Shown piece after piece: positions 45,871 to 55,094 of a stretch of DNA of 64,000 bases. Numbering within the stretch: the first letter of the stretch is position 1; each line of letters opens with the position of its first letter. The notes under the pieces are model-generated. The model made no database searches and had not been told where the DNA came from. It saw nothing but the letters and a program-made list of their open reading frames with translations. The position numbers and the translations under genes are program-made. The DNA is from a virus, in the IMG/VR virus record IMGVR_UViG_3300017646_000001, positions 32,001 to 96,000 of that record. One strand, given 5' to 3'.

Positions 45871-46920
45871 ATGGCCCTGGTGCAGTCTCGGGCTGGGGCT
45901 AAAGTCGGTGACTGGGTCAAAAGCACGGTCACCGGCTCTATAGGCCAAGTCGTCGAAGTCGATGCCCATTCTTATGGTATCGATACAGGCGACGACGAGC
46001 CCGAGTACGTGTACCACAACCAAGCTGTATTGCTGGACCCCGACAGCTTAGACATCAAGATGGTAGAAGCTCGCCATTCGGTAAGGGAAGAGATCGCTAA
46101 GGTGTCTTCCACCGTGTCTCGTGCTAATTCGGGGTATACTAACGGGGATTCGGGCGCGCACTATAACGCTCCCGTTCCTAACCAGCGCGCACAAGATGCT
46201 GGGCGCAGCCACGAGAACCTGTCGGTACATGCCGACCGCATTCCAGGCGAGCTGCCCGAAGAAATTGTAAGCCTGAACGTGAATCAGGCTCAACGCTCCA
46301 ATACTCCTACCACGTTCGGTGAAAAAATGAAGAAGCCCCTCACTGCCCTCCAAATCGCTGCTGCCGCTGCGGCCACGCTGCGCGAATCCTTCGAGGCTTC
46401 CGATCCTGGTTTCAGTGGCCTTCCGGCCCTGTACTCCAAGAACGGCAAGCGGGGTGAAATGGATTACGCCGTGATCGTGTATGATCCGAGCGCTGATGTC
46501 GAAGCATTTCAGCTGGTTCTGCCCGATTTCGAGGCCGATGCGGAGGATCCGTTCGCCTACGGCGGCGACTTCAGCAACCACGATACGCTGTCGCGCGCTC
46601 TGGACCTGGCGCGCGGTATGGGTTACAAGTTCGACCCGGGCGCGGTGAGCCAGATGATGAAGGTGTCGTCTGCTCGGAAGGAGAACAAGACCGCGACTCA
46701 CCCTTTTCGCAAGCTACGCGAAAGTCGCGCTCGTCAGCAGGTGAACGAGGCTTCCAGCACTGTCGGCCTGTACGCTGGCCTGTTGGTGCGTGTGACTGAA
46801 ACCAGTTCGGGCAAACGTGTCGACCAGGGCATCATCCAGAAGATGGAGCGGCAAGCTGTGATCCTGGCTGGTGGCGAACGCTACGAGCAATCCAAGTACA
46901 CGTTCCTCAAGCTGGCCTAA
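45871..46920 (+). CDS. Putative internal head protein, partial paralog of 44305..45867
   Basis: Shares the AQDAG..L.V.ADR.P segment and the C-terminal G.R.D.G.I....L.GGE.Y domain. Confidence 0.6.
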   Translation: MALVQSRAGAKVGDWVKSTVTGSIGQVVEVDAHSYGIDTGDDEPEYVYHNQAVLLDPDSLDIKMVEARHSVREEIAKVSSTVSRANSGYTNGDSGAHYNAPVPNQRAQDAGRSHENLSVHADRIPGELPEEIVSLNVNQAQRSNTPTTFGEKMKKPLTALQIAAAAAATLRESFEASDPGFSGLPALYSKNGKRGEMDYAVIVYDPSADVEAFQLVLPDFEADAEDPFAYGGDFSNHDTLSRALDLARGMGYKFDPGAVSQMMKVSSARKENKTATHPFRKLRESRARQQVNEASSTVGLYAGLLVRVTETSSGKRVDQGIIQKMERQAVILAGGERYEQSKYTFLKLA

Positions 46921-46939
46921 TGGGTCGAACTCTTGGTGT

Positions 46940-47380
46940 ATGAATTCCGCCAAGACGATCTGTTACGCCGCCTACGACGCTCGCCTCAACTCCCGTAGCG
47001 GTCTGTACGAATACCGATACTGGGAGTTGGGTGAGAGCGTCACCCTCCGCTCCACTCATCCTTTCTCTGCATCCGACGTCATTCAGATAGATTCCGTTCA
47101 GGAAGACTCTGTTGATGTCTCTGTTGTCACCGATCTATACCCCATGGTTCTGCACTCGTTAGCCTTCATGGCTCCGCGAGTTCCCCTGGACGCAGAGGAC
47201 GACTTCGAGTTCACCCCGTATGGCTGCGACATTTTAGTGAACCGCTCCGTAGTAAAGGGCGGCAATAAAAGTTATATTACGTTGGCCGTAGTGCCAACTG
47301 ATCGCATGTCTAACATCTGCGCCCGCCATACCCGAGTGCACGAGAACTTCAATTTCTTCATCAACGGGCGTAAAGCATGA
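46940..47380 (+). CDS. Hypothetical protein
   Basis: ORF ATGA-coupled to the portal gene. Confidence 0.5.
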   Translation: MNSAKTICYAAYDARLNSRSGLYEYRYWELGESVTLRSTHPFSASDVIQIDSVQEDSVDVSVVTDLYPMVLHSLAFMAPRVPLDAEDDFEFTPYGCDILVNRSVVKGGNKSYITLAVVPTDRMSNICARHTRVHENFNFFINGRKA

Positions 47381-48969
47381 AATTCCGTGACCTCCTCCCC
47401 AGCCGTCAGAATGTGAGCGCAGGTACGGGTGCTACCGACCAAAACCTGATTCGTCTAGCTGATGAAATGGGTTATAATCTGGTGAAGGAGCCCGCCACGG
47501 GCCGCATGGTACCCGTGCCGAAGGACATCGCACCAGGCGACATTCCCTCCGTCATGACGCGATGGGACTCGATCTACGACATGAGCTTCTACTCGGCCGA
47601 AAACCGAGAGAAGCGCATCAAGATGTACGAACTAATGGACCGCTCTGGCGCAGAAGGTTCGGTCGTACTCGATGTTTACGCCGACGAGATCGTCAACATC
47701 ACCGACAACTCGGATAAAGCGCTCCAAATTCAGATCAGTGGCGACGACGACTTGCGTGCTAAGATCATGCAGGTGCTGAACGCCAACGGCGTGATTGCTA
47801 ACATGCGTCAAGATATTCGCATGATGTGCAAGGATGGCGATTGCGCTTACACCATTACGCCGCGCCGAGGTTCTACCCTGCACCGTGTTGTGGAAACCGC
47901 CGCCAATGACGGCGTGAAAATCGACAACCCGTTGCGCCCCGAAGACATCACGTTGCACTTTGCTCGTTCGGCTGAATACGAGTTAGCGGGATACCGCGAC
48001 AAGATTTACAAGCTGCGTATCGAACGCGACGTGCTGGGTGGATTCAAGTACGACATGGACGAATACATGCCGTGGGAATTCGCTCCGTTCATTATCATGG
48101 ACCGCGAATGCTTCCCGTACGGCCGGTCCGTGCTGGAAAAGATGCGCATTCCGTTCGAGCAGTTAATGGTGCTCGAAAAGCTGCTCGCTGTGTCTCGCGC
48201 AAATTCCATCGACCGCGTGGCCGTTAAGGTTCCCGGCATGGGCGCGGATATCTCGTCCTTCATGGCTAAGGCCTCCCAGCTCAAGAATTCCCTCAAGACG
48301 TTGTTGCAAATGGGTTCGAATTCCCGTATGACGCGCAACCAAGACGTCGGCCTGACTGAATGGCTGGTAGTGCCCAAGGAATTCGAGGTCTCCAAGCTGT
48401 CTACCGCCATCACGCTCGGTTCGCCAGACGACGTGATTTACTTCCGCGACAAGCTGTATAACGCTTCCCGCCTGCCCAAGGGCTTCTTCGTTTTGAGCGA
48501 AGGGAACAATACCCAGCGTCCGATGAGCTTGCGTCAGCAGGACCTGAAGTTCGCCCGTTCGCTCATTCCCGTTTCGGAAGCTTATTGCAACGGTCTGCGT
48601 CACCTTATCCTGCTGCTAGCCTTCTATCTGGGCGGCGACGTGTCCAAGATACAGGTGAAGGTTTCGCTGAAAAAGAGCCCCTATATTTCCAGCGATCTGC
48701 TTCAGACGCATAAAGACGTGTTGGACATGATTAATACGCACGCTACAATCCGTCAGCAGGTTGAAAAGGACTACGTGCCGTCCAAAAAGGATATTTTGGC
48801 CCTATTGGATATGGTAGGCGCGCCTGCGTCCCTCTTTTTCCCAGAAGACGCGCCGGAAGGGGACTTCGACGGTAATGCGTCTCAAACTTCCGGGCTATTT
48901 GAGCACACGCGTTCGGCCAATTCTTTATACGACTGCGTGCAGCAGAGCTTACGCTCCATTTTTGGATAA
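47377..48969 (+). CDS. Portal protein (T4 gp20-like)
   Basis: YELMD...LDVYADE, DGD, PYGRSVLE.MR...QL..LE...R, DDV.YFRDKLY.A.R.P, QQDLKFAR. Confidence 0.85.
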   Translation: MKFRDLLPSRQNVSAGTGATDQNLIRLADEMGYNLVKEPATGRMVPVPKDIAPGDIPSVMTRWDSIYDMSFYSAENREKRIKMYELMDRSGAEGSVVLDVYADEIVNITDNSDKALQIQISGDDDLRAKIMQVLNANGVIANMRQDIRMMCKDGDCAYTITPRRGSTLHRVVETAANDGVKIDNPLRPEDITLHFARSAEYELAGYRDKIYKLRIERDVLGGFKYDMDEYMPWEFAPFIIMDRECFPYGRSVLEKMRIPFEQLMVLEKLLAVSRANSIDRVAVKVPGMGADISSFMAKASQLKNSLKTLLQMGSNSRMTRNQDVGLTEWLVVPKEFEVSKLSTAITLGSPDDVIYFRDKLYNASRLPKGFFVLSEGNNTQRPMSLRQQDLKFARSLIPVSEAYCNGLRHLILLLAFYLGGDVSKIQVKVSLKKSPYISSDLLQTHKDVLDMINTHATIRQQVEKDYVPSKKDILALLDMVGAPASLFFPEDAPEGDFDGNASQTSGLFEHTRSANSLYDCVQQSLRSIFG

Positions 48970-48976
48970 AAAGATT

Positions 48977-49345
48977 ATGCAGCCCGCCCCTGCCGTGCGC
49001 CCCTCAATTCACTTTCGATACGACATTCGCTCCTCTTCGCGTGAGCAACGTGGTAAGATCTTGGAGCTGTATAGCGTTAAATTCAATCGCTTGATCCGTG
49101 AGTGTGACGCCGCCATCTTGAGCGCCGCTGACTATGACGATCTTCCCGCTATGCGGCGAGTGTTGGAACGATGCCCGCAGTTGCATCAGCTGCCCATCGC
49201 TGCGCTACATGCGCTATCCGAGCGGCGCGTCAAGTTATTAATGGACGCGGCCCCCATGTTTAACGCGTGCGCTACGAACTACAAGGCCTACGTACTTCTC
49301 TCTTTGGGTGTACGCTCTAGCCATATTTCCGGAAACATCACATGA
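48977..49345 (+). CDS. Hypothetical protein
   Basis: ORF between portal and protease, ATGA-coupled to the protease. Confidence 0.5.
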   Translation: MQPAPAVRPSIHFRYDIRSSSREQRGKILELYSVKFNRLIRECDAAILSAADYDDLPAMRRVLERCPQLHQLPIAALHALSERRVKLLMDAAPMFNACATNYKAYVLLSLGVRSSHISGNIT

Positions 49346-50772
49346 AAAAGCTGCTCACTGAGTCGGCCTTGCGCGTCGGCAAGCAGGGTACCGCTCTGCA
49401 AGAATCGACTGGTCGGCCTGGGTATATCGTCGAAAGTGACGGGCAAGCGGGTCGTCCGTTGATCGTCAAGCTGCCGGTGACGACGCTGGATCAAAAGAAT
49501 GAGAATGGCCGCACTTACTCTCGTTCGATCATGGAAGGCGCTATGCGCCGTACCAAGCCGGCCTTCGAATCGATGGAACTACTGTCCACCGCCGACGAGC
49601 ACCCGGAAGAGCCGTACCCTACTCCGACGCGCGCTAGCCATGTGGTGATCGATTCTTGGTGCGAAAACGATGGCTACATGTGGAACAAGTGGCGCGTGCT
49701 AGATACGGCCAAGGGCCGCGATCTGCGCGCCCTGATCGAAGCTGGTGCCGCATTTGGCGTGTCCATTCGGGGTCTGGGCTCGATGGACAACTACGGCAAC
49801 ATCATGGACGATTACGAGTATTTGGGTACGGACTGCGTGGGGCAACCCAGCGCCCGTATCCGTACCGCGCCGCAACAAGTGTCCGAGAGCACGCGGCATC
49901 AACCCTCCCCTGCAGTACAGGAAAACACTACCATCAAGAAGGACGTCTCGGCCATGCAAACCGCCGCTCAGCTCAAAAAGCACCTGAAAGAACAAATCAC
50001 TCTCGCCAAGACCGAGGCCCGCTCCGAAGCGTTCAAGCGCGTCATGAAGCTAGAGCAGGACCTGACCAACGCGTTGACCCAGACGGACGATCCGCGCGAA
50101 ATCAGCTCGATGTTCACTGAGCTGGACGCCTTCAAGGAATCGCTCTTCGGCGGCGAAGGCAGCGCTCAGCCCCTGACTGAAGGCAAGCAAGGTGCGGCTC
50201 CGACCGAGCGCGAGAAGCAGCTGGAAGAGCAGCTCAAGCAGCTCAGCAAGAACTTCCGCACCAAGGTCACCGAGTTGGCTGAAACCTTCAAGCGCAGCCA
50301 GACCGGCCTGAAGAGCGCCCTCGAATCGGCTAACCGAAAGGCTACGCTGCAAGAGCGCCGTGCTCAGGCTGCAATCCGCAAGGCCAATGCCCTGTCGGAA
50401 GACAAGCGCCGTATTCGCGCTCAACTGGCTGAGTCGAAGCGCCTTGCTGCCGTGGCCGAGTCGAAGCGCGTCTCTGTGGCGCGAGAAGCTGTCAAGCTGC
50501 AGGAATCCTACAAGGCTGCTCGTCAAGTCGCCATCGAAACTACGGTGAAGTACAAGGAAGCCGTCCGCGTGGCCGCTCGCACCGTCAAGGAAGGCCTCAA
50601 GCGCCAATCCCAGGCTCCTGCGCTGCAGCAAGAAGCTCGTCAGCCGCGCCGTCCTGGTGTGGTGCGCACCGAAGCCGTGCATCGTGATGTGCGTCCCGCC
50701 GCTGATCAGCGCCCGCGCCACGTCACCGAAGCCAACCTGGACGGCACGACCAAGCTGCGCGGCTTCATCTAA
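49342..50772 (+). CDS. Prohead protease (T4 gp21-like) fused to a coiled-coil scaffold
   Basis: KNENGRTY, EHP, ASH, LDT.KG, GVSIRGLGS, DCVGQPS, then about 290 aa of helical sequence with many hydrophobic-X-E sites. Confidence 0.88.
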   Translation: MKKLLTESALRVGKQGTALQESTGRPGYIVESDGQAGRPLIVKLPVTTLDQKNENGRTYSRSIMEGAMRRTKPAFESMELLSTADEHPEEPYPTPTRASHVVIDSWCENDGYMWNKWRVLDTAKGRDLRALIEAGAAFGVSIRGLGSMDNYGNIMDDYEYLGTDCVGQPSARIRTAPQQVSESTRHQPSPAVQENTTIKKDVSAMQTAAQLKKHLKEQITLAKTEARSEAFKRVMKLEQDLTNALTQTDDPREISSMFTELDAFKESLFGGEGSAQPLTEGKQGAAPTEREKQLEEQLKQLSKNFRTKVTELAETFKRSQTGLKSALESANRKATLQERRAQAAIRKANALSEDKRRIRAQLAESKRLAAVAESKRVSVAREAVKLQESYKAARQVAIETTVKYKEAVRVAARTVKEGLKRQSQAPALQQEARQPRRPGVVRTEAVHRDVRPAADQRPRHVTEANLDGTTKLRGFI

Positions 50773-50793
50773 GCGCACCGCTGTGACGCTTTA

Positions 50794-50828
50794 GGGGAGA
50801 GGGACCTCGTTTCGGGGAACCTCTCCCC
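50794..50828 (+). promoter_or_regulatory. Stem-loop in the major capsid gene leader
   Basis: GGGGAGAGG...CCTCG-TTT-CGGGG...CCTCTCCCC. Confidence 0.5.
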
Positions 50829-50922
50829 AGACTTAAAGATCTGCCTACTACGCTCGATACCGCTATTCCGCTCGACCCGACTATCTGCTAGCAATATCTC
50901 CATTACTTCCCAGAGAAGCAAA

Positions 50923-52338
50923 ATGACCCAACAAATCGCCGAATCCGCCGCCATCGCGATGCGTCGTCGCGAAGGCCACGTGCAAAACATCCTGGCCGAA
51001 AACCGGTCGTGGAAGAACAAGTACAAGAGCCTGCTGGTTCACCTCGAGTCGGGCGACGACGCGCTCAAGCGCCGCGTCATGAACACCCTGACCGTCATGC
51101 ACAACCAAGCCATGTACGTGGAAAGCCTGTCCAAGGATCCGCGCATGGAATCGACGTTCGTGCAGAACCTGGGCCAGCTGGTGCCGAAGGTCGTGGACCT
51201 GGTCCGCATCTTCTACCCGAACATGATCACGCACGATCTGGTCGACGTCCAGGCCATCGACCGCCAGAACGGCGAAATCTTCGTGGTCCGTCCTACCTTC
51301 TCGAACACCGCTGCCGGCGTCAACGCGGGCGACCAAGTGTTCAAGACTCCGACTGACGGCACGTACGCTTCCGAAAAGACCAACCTGTCGGCCACCGGTA
51401 CCGGTACCGGCCCCTACACCGCCACCGCCACCCGTCTGCCCCTGCGCCCCGGCCGTCAGCTCGTCTACGCTGCTGGCGTGCAAGTCGGTGTCGACGACGG
51501 TAACGGCGCGATCGTGGGTCCGAACATCGCTGCCGGCACGATCAACTACGCGACCGGCGCGATCTCGGTGACCTTCACGGCTGCTCCGACCGCCCCCGTC
51601 TCGTTCGGTACGATCGCCGACCTGGAAACCAACCCCGCCGGCATCCGCCGCATGTCGATCAACCTGTCCACGATTCCCGTGCAGGCGCAGCCCCATCCGC
51701 TGTTGATCGACTGGTCCGTCCAAGCTCAGCTGGCCGCTGCCGCCCACCTGGACATCGACATCCCGCAAACGCTGGCCGACGCCGTCGCCTCGTTCATCAA
51801 GCAGGAACGCGACCTGTCCGTGGTCTCGGCCATCCTGGCTTCCGCGCTGCACGACGCCAACCTGGACTTCGACGCCACCGCGCCGACGAACTACAGCCGC
51901 CTGGCTCGCTACGCCGAAATCGAGCTGAAGCTGAACTACGCCGAATCCGACATCCAAGTCGGCCAAGGCCGTGGTGGTGTGTCCTGGGTGCTGTGCGGCA
52001 CGAACGCCGCCGACATCTGGCGCAACTGCAACGGCTTCCAGCCCAGCGACGTCGTGGCCCCGATCGGCCCGCACAAGATCGGTACGCTGCGCGATGGCAC
52101 GGTCGCCGTCATCAAAGTCCCGACCATGGACCGCAACACGTACGCCATCGGTTTCAAGGGCTACGTGATGGGTGACGCCGCGACCATCTTGGCCGAGTGG
52201 ATTCCCCTGTATGCCACCCCGGTGTTCCAAGCGCCGGAAATGGTGAACAGCCAAGGCCTGACCTCGCTGTACCATCTGGAAAACAACCCGATGGTCAGCT
52301 ACTACCGCTTCGGCACCATCTCGAACTACGGCGCGTAA
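50923..52338 (+). CDS. Major capsid protein (T4 gp23-like)
   Basis: LVRIFYPNMI..DLV.VQ.I....G.IF, V.A....L...WS, IGTL, GFKG, Y/W-IPLY; extreme codon bias; follows the protease. Confidence 0.9.
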   Translation: MTQQIAESAAIAMRRREGHVQNILAENRSWKNKYKSLLVHLESGDDALKRRVMNTLTVMHNQAMYVESLSKDPRMESTFVQNLGQLVPKVVDLVRIFYPNMITHDLVDVQAIDRQNGEIFVVRPTFSNTAAGVNAGDQVFKTPTDGTYASEKTNLSATGTGTGPYTATATRLPLRPGRQLVYAAGVQVGVDDGNGAIVGPNIAAGTINYATGAISVTFTAAPTAPVSFGTIADLETNPAGIRRMSINLSTIPVQAQPHPLLIDWSVQAQLAAAAHLDIDIPQTLADAVASFIKQERDLSVVSAILASALHDANLDFDATAPTNYSRLARYAEIELKLNYAESDIQVGQGRGGVSWVLCGTNAADIWRNCNGFQPSDVVAPIGPHKIGTLRDGTVAVIKVPTMDRNTYAIGFKGYVMGDAATILAEWIPLYATPVFQAPEMVNSQGLTSLYHLENNPMVSYYRFGTISNYGA

Positions 52339-52790
52339 GCTCTGTAGTGCGCGATGATGGGGACGGGGCCTTCGGGCCCCGTTTCTGTATTCGTCCACTT
52401 GTTGCGCTTAGACATATTCTCAGCCCCTGGCAATATGCGCCAGTTGTTCCACACGTGCAGGCCTGATACTGTTTTGCCTTGTAGTGGTATCTCGTGATCT
52501 ACGTGGTAAGGCGTGCCTGTGATCTTCTCTAGTCGGCGACACTGGTCTTGCATTTCACTCCACACCAACTCATGCCACTCCAGGTTCCAGTGTGTGTAGT
52601 CTCGTTGCTTGCGAGCCCGGTAATACCGATCGCTTTTGCCGTACCCGATATGTGGGTTTTGCTTACGGTACTTGCGTTCGCATTCTCGACACTTGCTATT
52701 TAGGCCGTCTTTGTGATGGGCATGTTTGTTGTAGCTAGATAGGAGCCGCGCCCGCCCACAAGCGCAACATACCTTGGTAGGGCGCGCCAT
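52326..52790 (-). CDS. HNH endonuclease with N-terminal zinc finger
   Basis: CCAC...CREC; YHVDHEIPLQG..VSGLHVWNN.RI...EN..K.N. Confidence 0.85.
   Translation of the reverse strand: MARPTKVCCACGRARLLSSYNKHAHHKDGLNSKCRECERKYRKQNPHIGYGKSDRYYRARKQRDYTHWNLEWHELVWSEMQDQCRRLEKITGTPYHVDHEIPLQGKTVSGLHVWNNWRILPGAENMSKRNKWTNTETGPEGPVPIIAHYRAYAP
52363..52391 (+). terminator. Intrinsic terminator after the major capsid gene
   Basis: ACGGGGCC-TTCG-GGCCCCGT followed by TTCTGTATT. Confidence 0.75.
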
Positions 52791-53272
52791 TACGCTGCTC
52801 GTTTGCCTACCTCGCCACGTCGAGAGTTCAGGCTCCGTATGCGGTAGTAGTCACCCAGAATGTTTTTGAGCAGGGCGCTGTCGCCGTAGATGGTGCGATC
52901 GCGCAGCCCTTCCAGAAACTTGATTTTGCCTGGGATGGTGTCGGGGTCTACGTCATTGAGGCCCAGCTCGGTAAGCGTAACGCGATCCTTATAATCCCGG
53001 CGCGCTTGGTCGATCTTTTCAGCCTGAATCTTGGCTTGTGGATGCGTCATCCAGTAGTGGGTGTACTGGCTGGCTGGGTCGGCCGGATCGGGCACGACCT
53101 CAGACTTGAGTACTTCGTCGCCCGTCAGCGTGAATAGGTGTCGCTTTAGGACATCTACTGCAATACCCGTGAGACGCGAAACTTCGGTCATCTTGAGTTT
53201 GCGATTGGGACGAGCGGCGAAGAAGCGTAAGATTTCTTGCTCAGTATTTATTGTTTTGGCGTGTCGGGTCAT
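52790..53272 (-). CDS. Winged-helix domain protein
   Basis: EILRFF...LKMTEVSRLTGIAVDVLKRHL..L....VL. Confidence 0.6.
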   Translation of the reverse strand: MTRHAKTINTEQEILRFFAARPNRKLKMTEVSRLTGIAVDVLKRHLFTLTGDEVLKSEVVPDPADPASQYTHYWMTHPQAKIQAEKIDQARRDYKDRVTLTELGLNDVDPDTIPGKIKFLEGLRDRTIYGDSALLKNILGDYYRIRSLNSRRGEVGKRAA

Positions 53273-53273
53273 G

Positions 53274-53690
53274 TTAACTGATATTCCACTCTTTTACCAT
53301 GTCGTACAGCATGCGATTGCGCCAGTCATTAGAACGCGGCAAAGTGTCGAGTCGCTTGTGTATCTCAATGAGAGACGCGGCAAATTGCACCTTACCCAAG
53401 ATGTTTTCCGTTTCCCACTCCACATCTTTGTCGATACCCATGTTGATGGAGTGCGCGTAGGCCAAATACATGATGCGCACGGCATCAATCTCAGCGCGGT
53501 GTGGAGCGCGGTCCATGTACTGCCACAGCAGAAATCCGATCTCGTGCTGTTCCACGCCGGTTACGTCTTCGACTTCAAGATCGCCGCTAGGCCACGAGTC
53601 TGTGCCGAAGGTCTCTACGTACGACTCGGAATTGTCGTGATAGTACAGACGGCGAGTCGGGTCCGATATCCGTTTTTCGTGTTGTTCCAT
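53274..53690 (-). CDS. Hypothetical protein
   Basis: 138-aa ORF in the operon. Confidence 0.6.
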   Translation of the reverse strand: MEQHEKRISDPTRRLYYHDNSESYVETFGTDSWPSGDLEVEDVTGVEQHEIGFLLWQYMDRAPHRAEIDAVRIMYLAYAHSINMGIDKDVEWETENILGKVQFAASLIEIHKRLDTLPRSNDWRNRMLYDMVKEWNIS

Positions 53691-53705
53691 GCCAGCCGCC
53701 TAGCT

Positions 53706-54344
53706 TCAATAGTGCAGGTTGTGAACGCGCAGGTTTTGTATCACTCCCGGAGAAGGCGACTCCCATAGCGGTTCTTCTCCCGCGATCATGGCAGACTTCA
53801 TCGGGTTGTTGTGGTCGCAGTAGCACAGCACGGAATAGGGATGGCGGATGTCTGGGTTGAGCTGTACCAAGAAGAGCGGCGTAGTACGTTTTCGGTTAAC
53901 GTCCAGGTACCGAACGAGCTGCTCCAATGGAACCGACTTCGCTTGCTCCAGATCAGAAAACGGCCCAGCGATGAAGCTCCAGACCAATTTTGCCGCTTGG
54001 CCCAACGGACTGCTGTTGCGCGGTACGCCGATGGCATACCGCACTGGGGGTTGTTCCAGTTCGCGTCTTTGTTCAGACGTCAATACCGCGTCCAACGCCA
54101 GATGCGGACTGTCATGCATCAACCGATACTGCTTGAGTTCCAACGTGGCCACAAGCGTGATCAGGCCAGAAGGATATACGAGAACGTCGTACGGACCCGC
54201 CCAGCTCAACAGTTGTGCTTCGCGCTTTTCTTGCGCGATTTTAACCGCTTCACGCAAAGCCGCCTCCAGCTCTGCAACGTCGGCCGGCCCCGCGTTCTGG
54301 ACCAGCATCAACCAGTGCGACAGATGAAACTTAGCGATTTCCAT
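53706..54344 (-). CDS. Hypothetical protein
   Basis: 212-aa ORF. Confidence 0.55.
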   Translation of the reverse strand: MEIAKFHLSHWLMLVQNAGPADVAELEAALREAVKIAQEKREAQLLSWAGPYDVLVYPSGLITLVATLELKQYRLMHDSPHLALDAVLTSEQRRELEQPPVRYAIGVPRNSSPLGQAAKLVWSFIAGPFSDLEQAKSVPLEQLVRYLDVNRKRTTPLFLVQLNPDIRHPYSVLCYCDHNNPMKSAMIAGEEPLWESPSPGVIQNLRVHNLHY

Positions 54345-54400
54345 GACTGTTCCAAAGAGGGAATAAACCCTACATAACGTTAGAAGGACGGTTTACTGCT

Positions 54401-55039
54401 ATGAAATATTTTGTGTGGGGTCTGAAGTGGTTAGCGTTGAGCGTGGTGGACTTACTGTTCCAAGCTTTTTCGCTCCTGTTCGTGAACTGGTGGGTTCCTT
54501 TTACGGCGCGCAAGATCGTCCCTGCCGACTACCTGTGGGAGGAAGCTGACCCTCAGTGGCGGGGGATTGAAGAAAAGCTACCCGAGTGGTTGCGCTGGTT
54601 CGAGACTTTCGATGCTTCGCTCGACACTGGTTGGATCGAAGGTAAATATTTCAAGTCCGGCGAAGCCTATTCTCCTACCAATCTGCCGGGGTTTTGGCGG
54701 CGTAAGTGGTATCAGATACGATGGCTGTATCGCAACTCCAACTATGGTTTCTCTTATTGGGTGACCGGCGTCCCTATGGTGAAAGCCGATTGGGTGATCC
54801 ACCGCTACGTGATCCAAAACGGATACAGGCTCTTTATTGCTTTAAACCCCAAGACCGGGTACTTCAACATCAACCTACAGGGCAAGTACGGGACGTACAA
54901 GCTAGGCGTGAAGGCGTGGAATTATTGGGACCGTGATATCCAAGACTGGTACCAGGATAACCTGCCTTGGGGCCCCGAATGGCGCACCCAGCTCGTACTT
55001 AGTATTAACCCGTTCTCCCGCACTCCTATCACTCAGTAA
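54401..55039 (+). CDS. Trp-rich membrane-anchored hypothetical protein
   Basis: N-terminal hydrophobic segment; LPEWLRWFETFDASLD, WLYRN. Confidence 0.65.
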   Translation: MKYFVWGLKWLALSVVDLLFQAFSLLFVNWWVPFTARKIVPADYLWEEADPQWRGIEEKLPEWLRWFETFDASLDTGWIEGKYFKSGEAYSPTNLPGFWRRKWYQIRWLYRNSNYGFSYWVTGVPMVKADWVIHRYVIQNGYRLFIALNPKTGYFNINLQGKYGTYKLGVKAWNYWDRDIQDWYQDNLPWGPEWRTQLVLSINPFSRTPITQ

Positions 55040-55094
55040 GTACGGTTCTATAAACCGTCCCAGAGTATGCACCACACTCTGGGAGGATAGCACC

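Noticed and set aside
7617-52398. Long antisense ORFs (e.g. 7617..9113, 15434..16549, 30566..31708, 33588..34640, 37560..38906, 38937..40202, 50881..52398)
   Set aside because: They mirror well-supported genes on the opposite strand, as expected from GC3-biased codon usage, and show no recognisable motifs.
54933-55094. ORF-track start sites for several genes (54933, 25728, 26902, 32387, 33024, 46871, 48875, 63180)
   Set aside because: They overlap upstream genes extensively; downstream starts with an RBS or ATGA coupling are more plausible.
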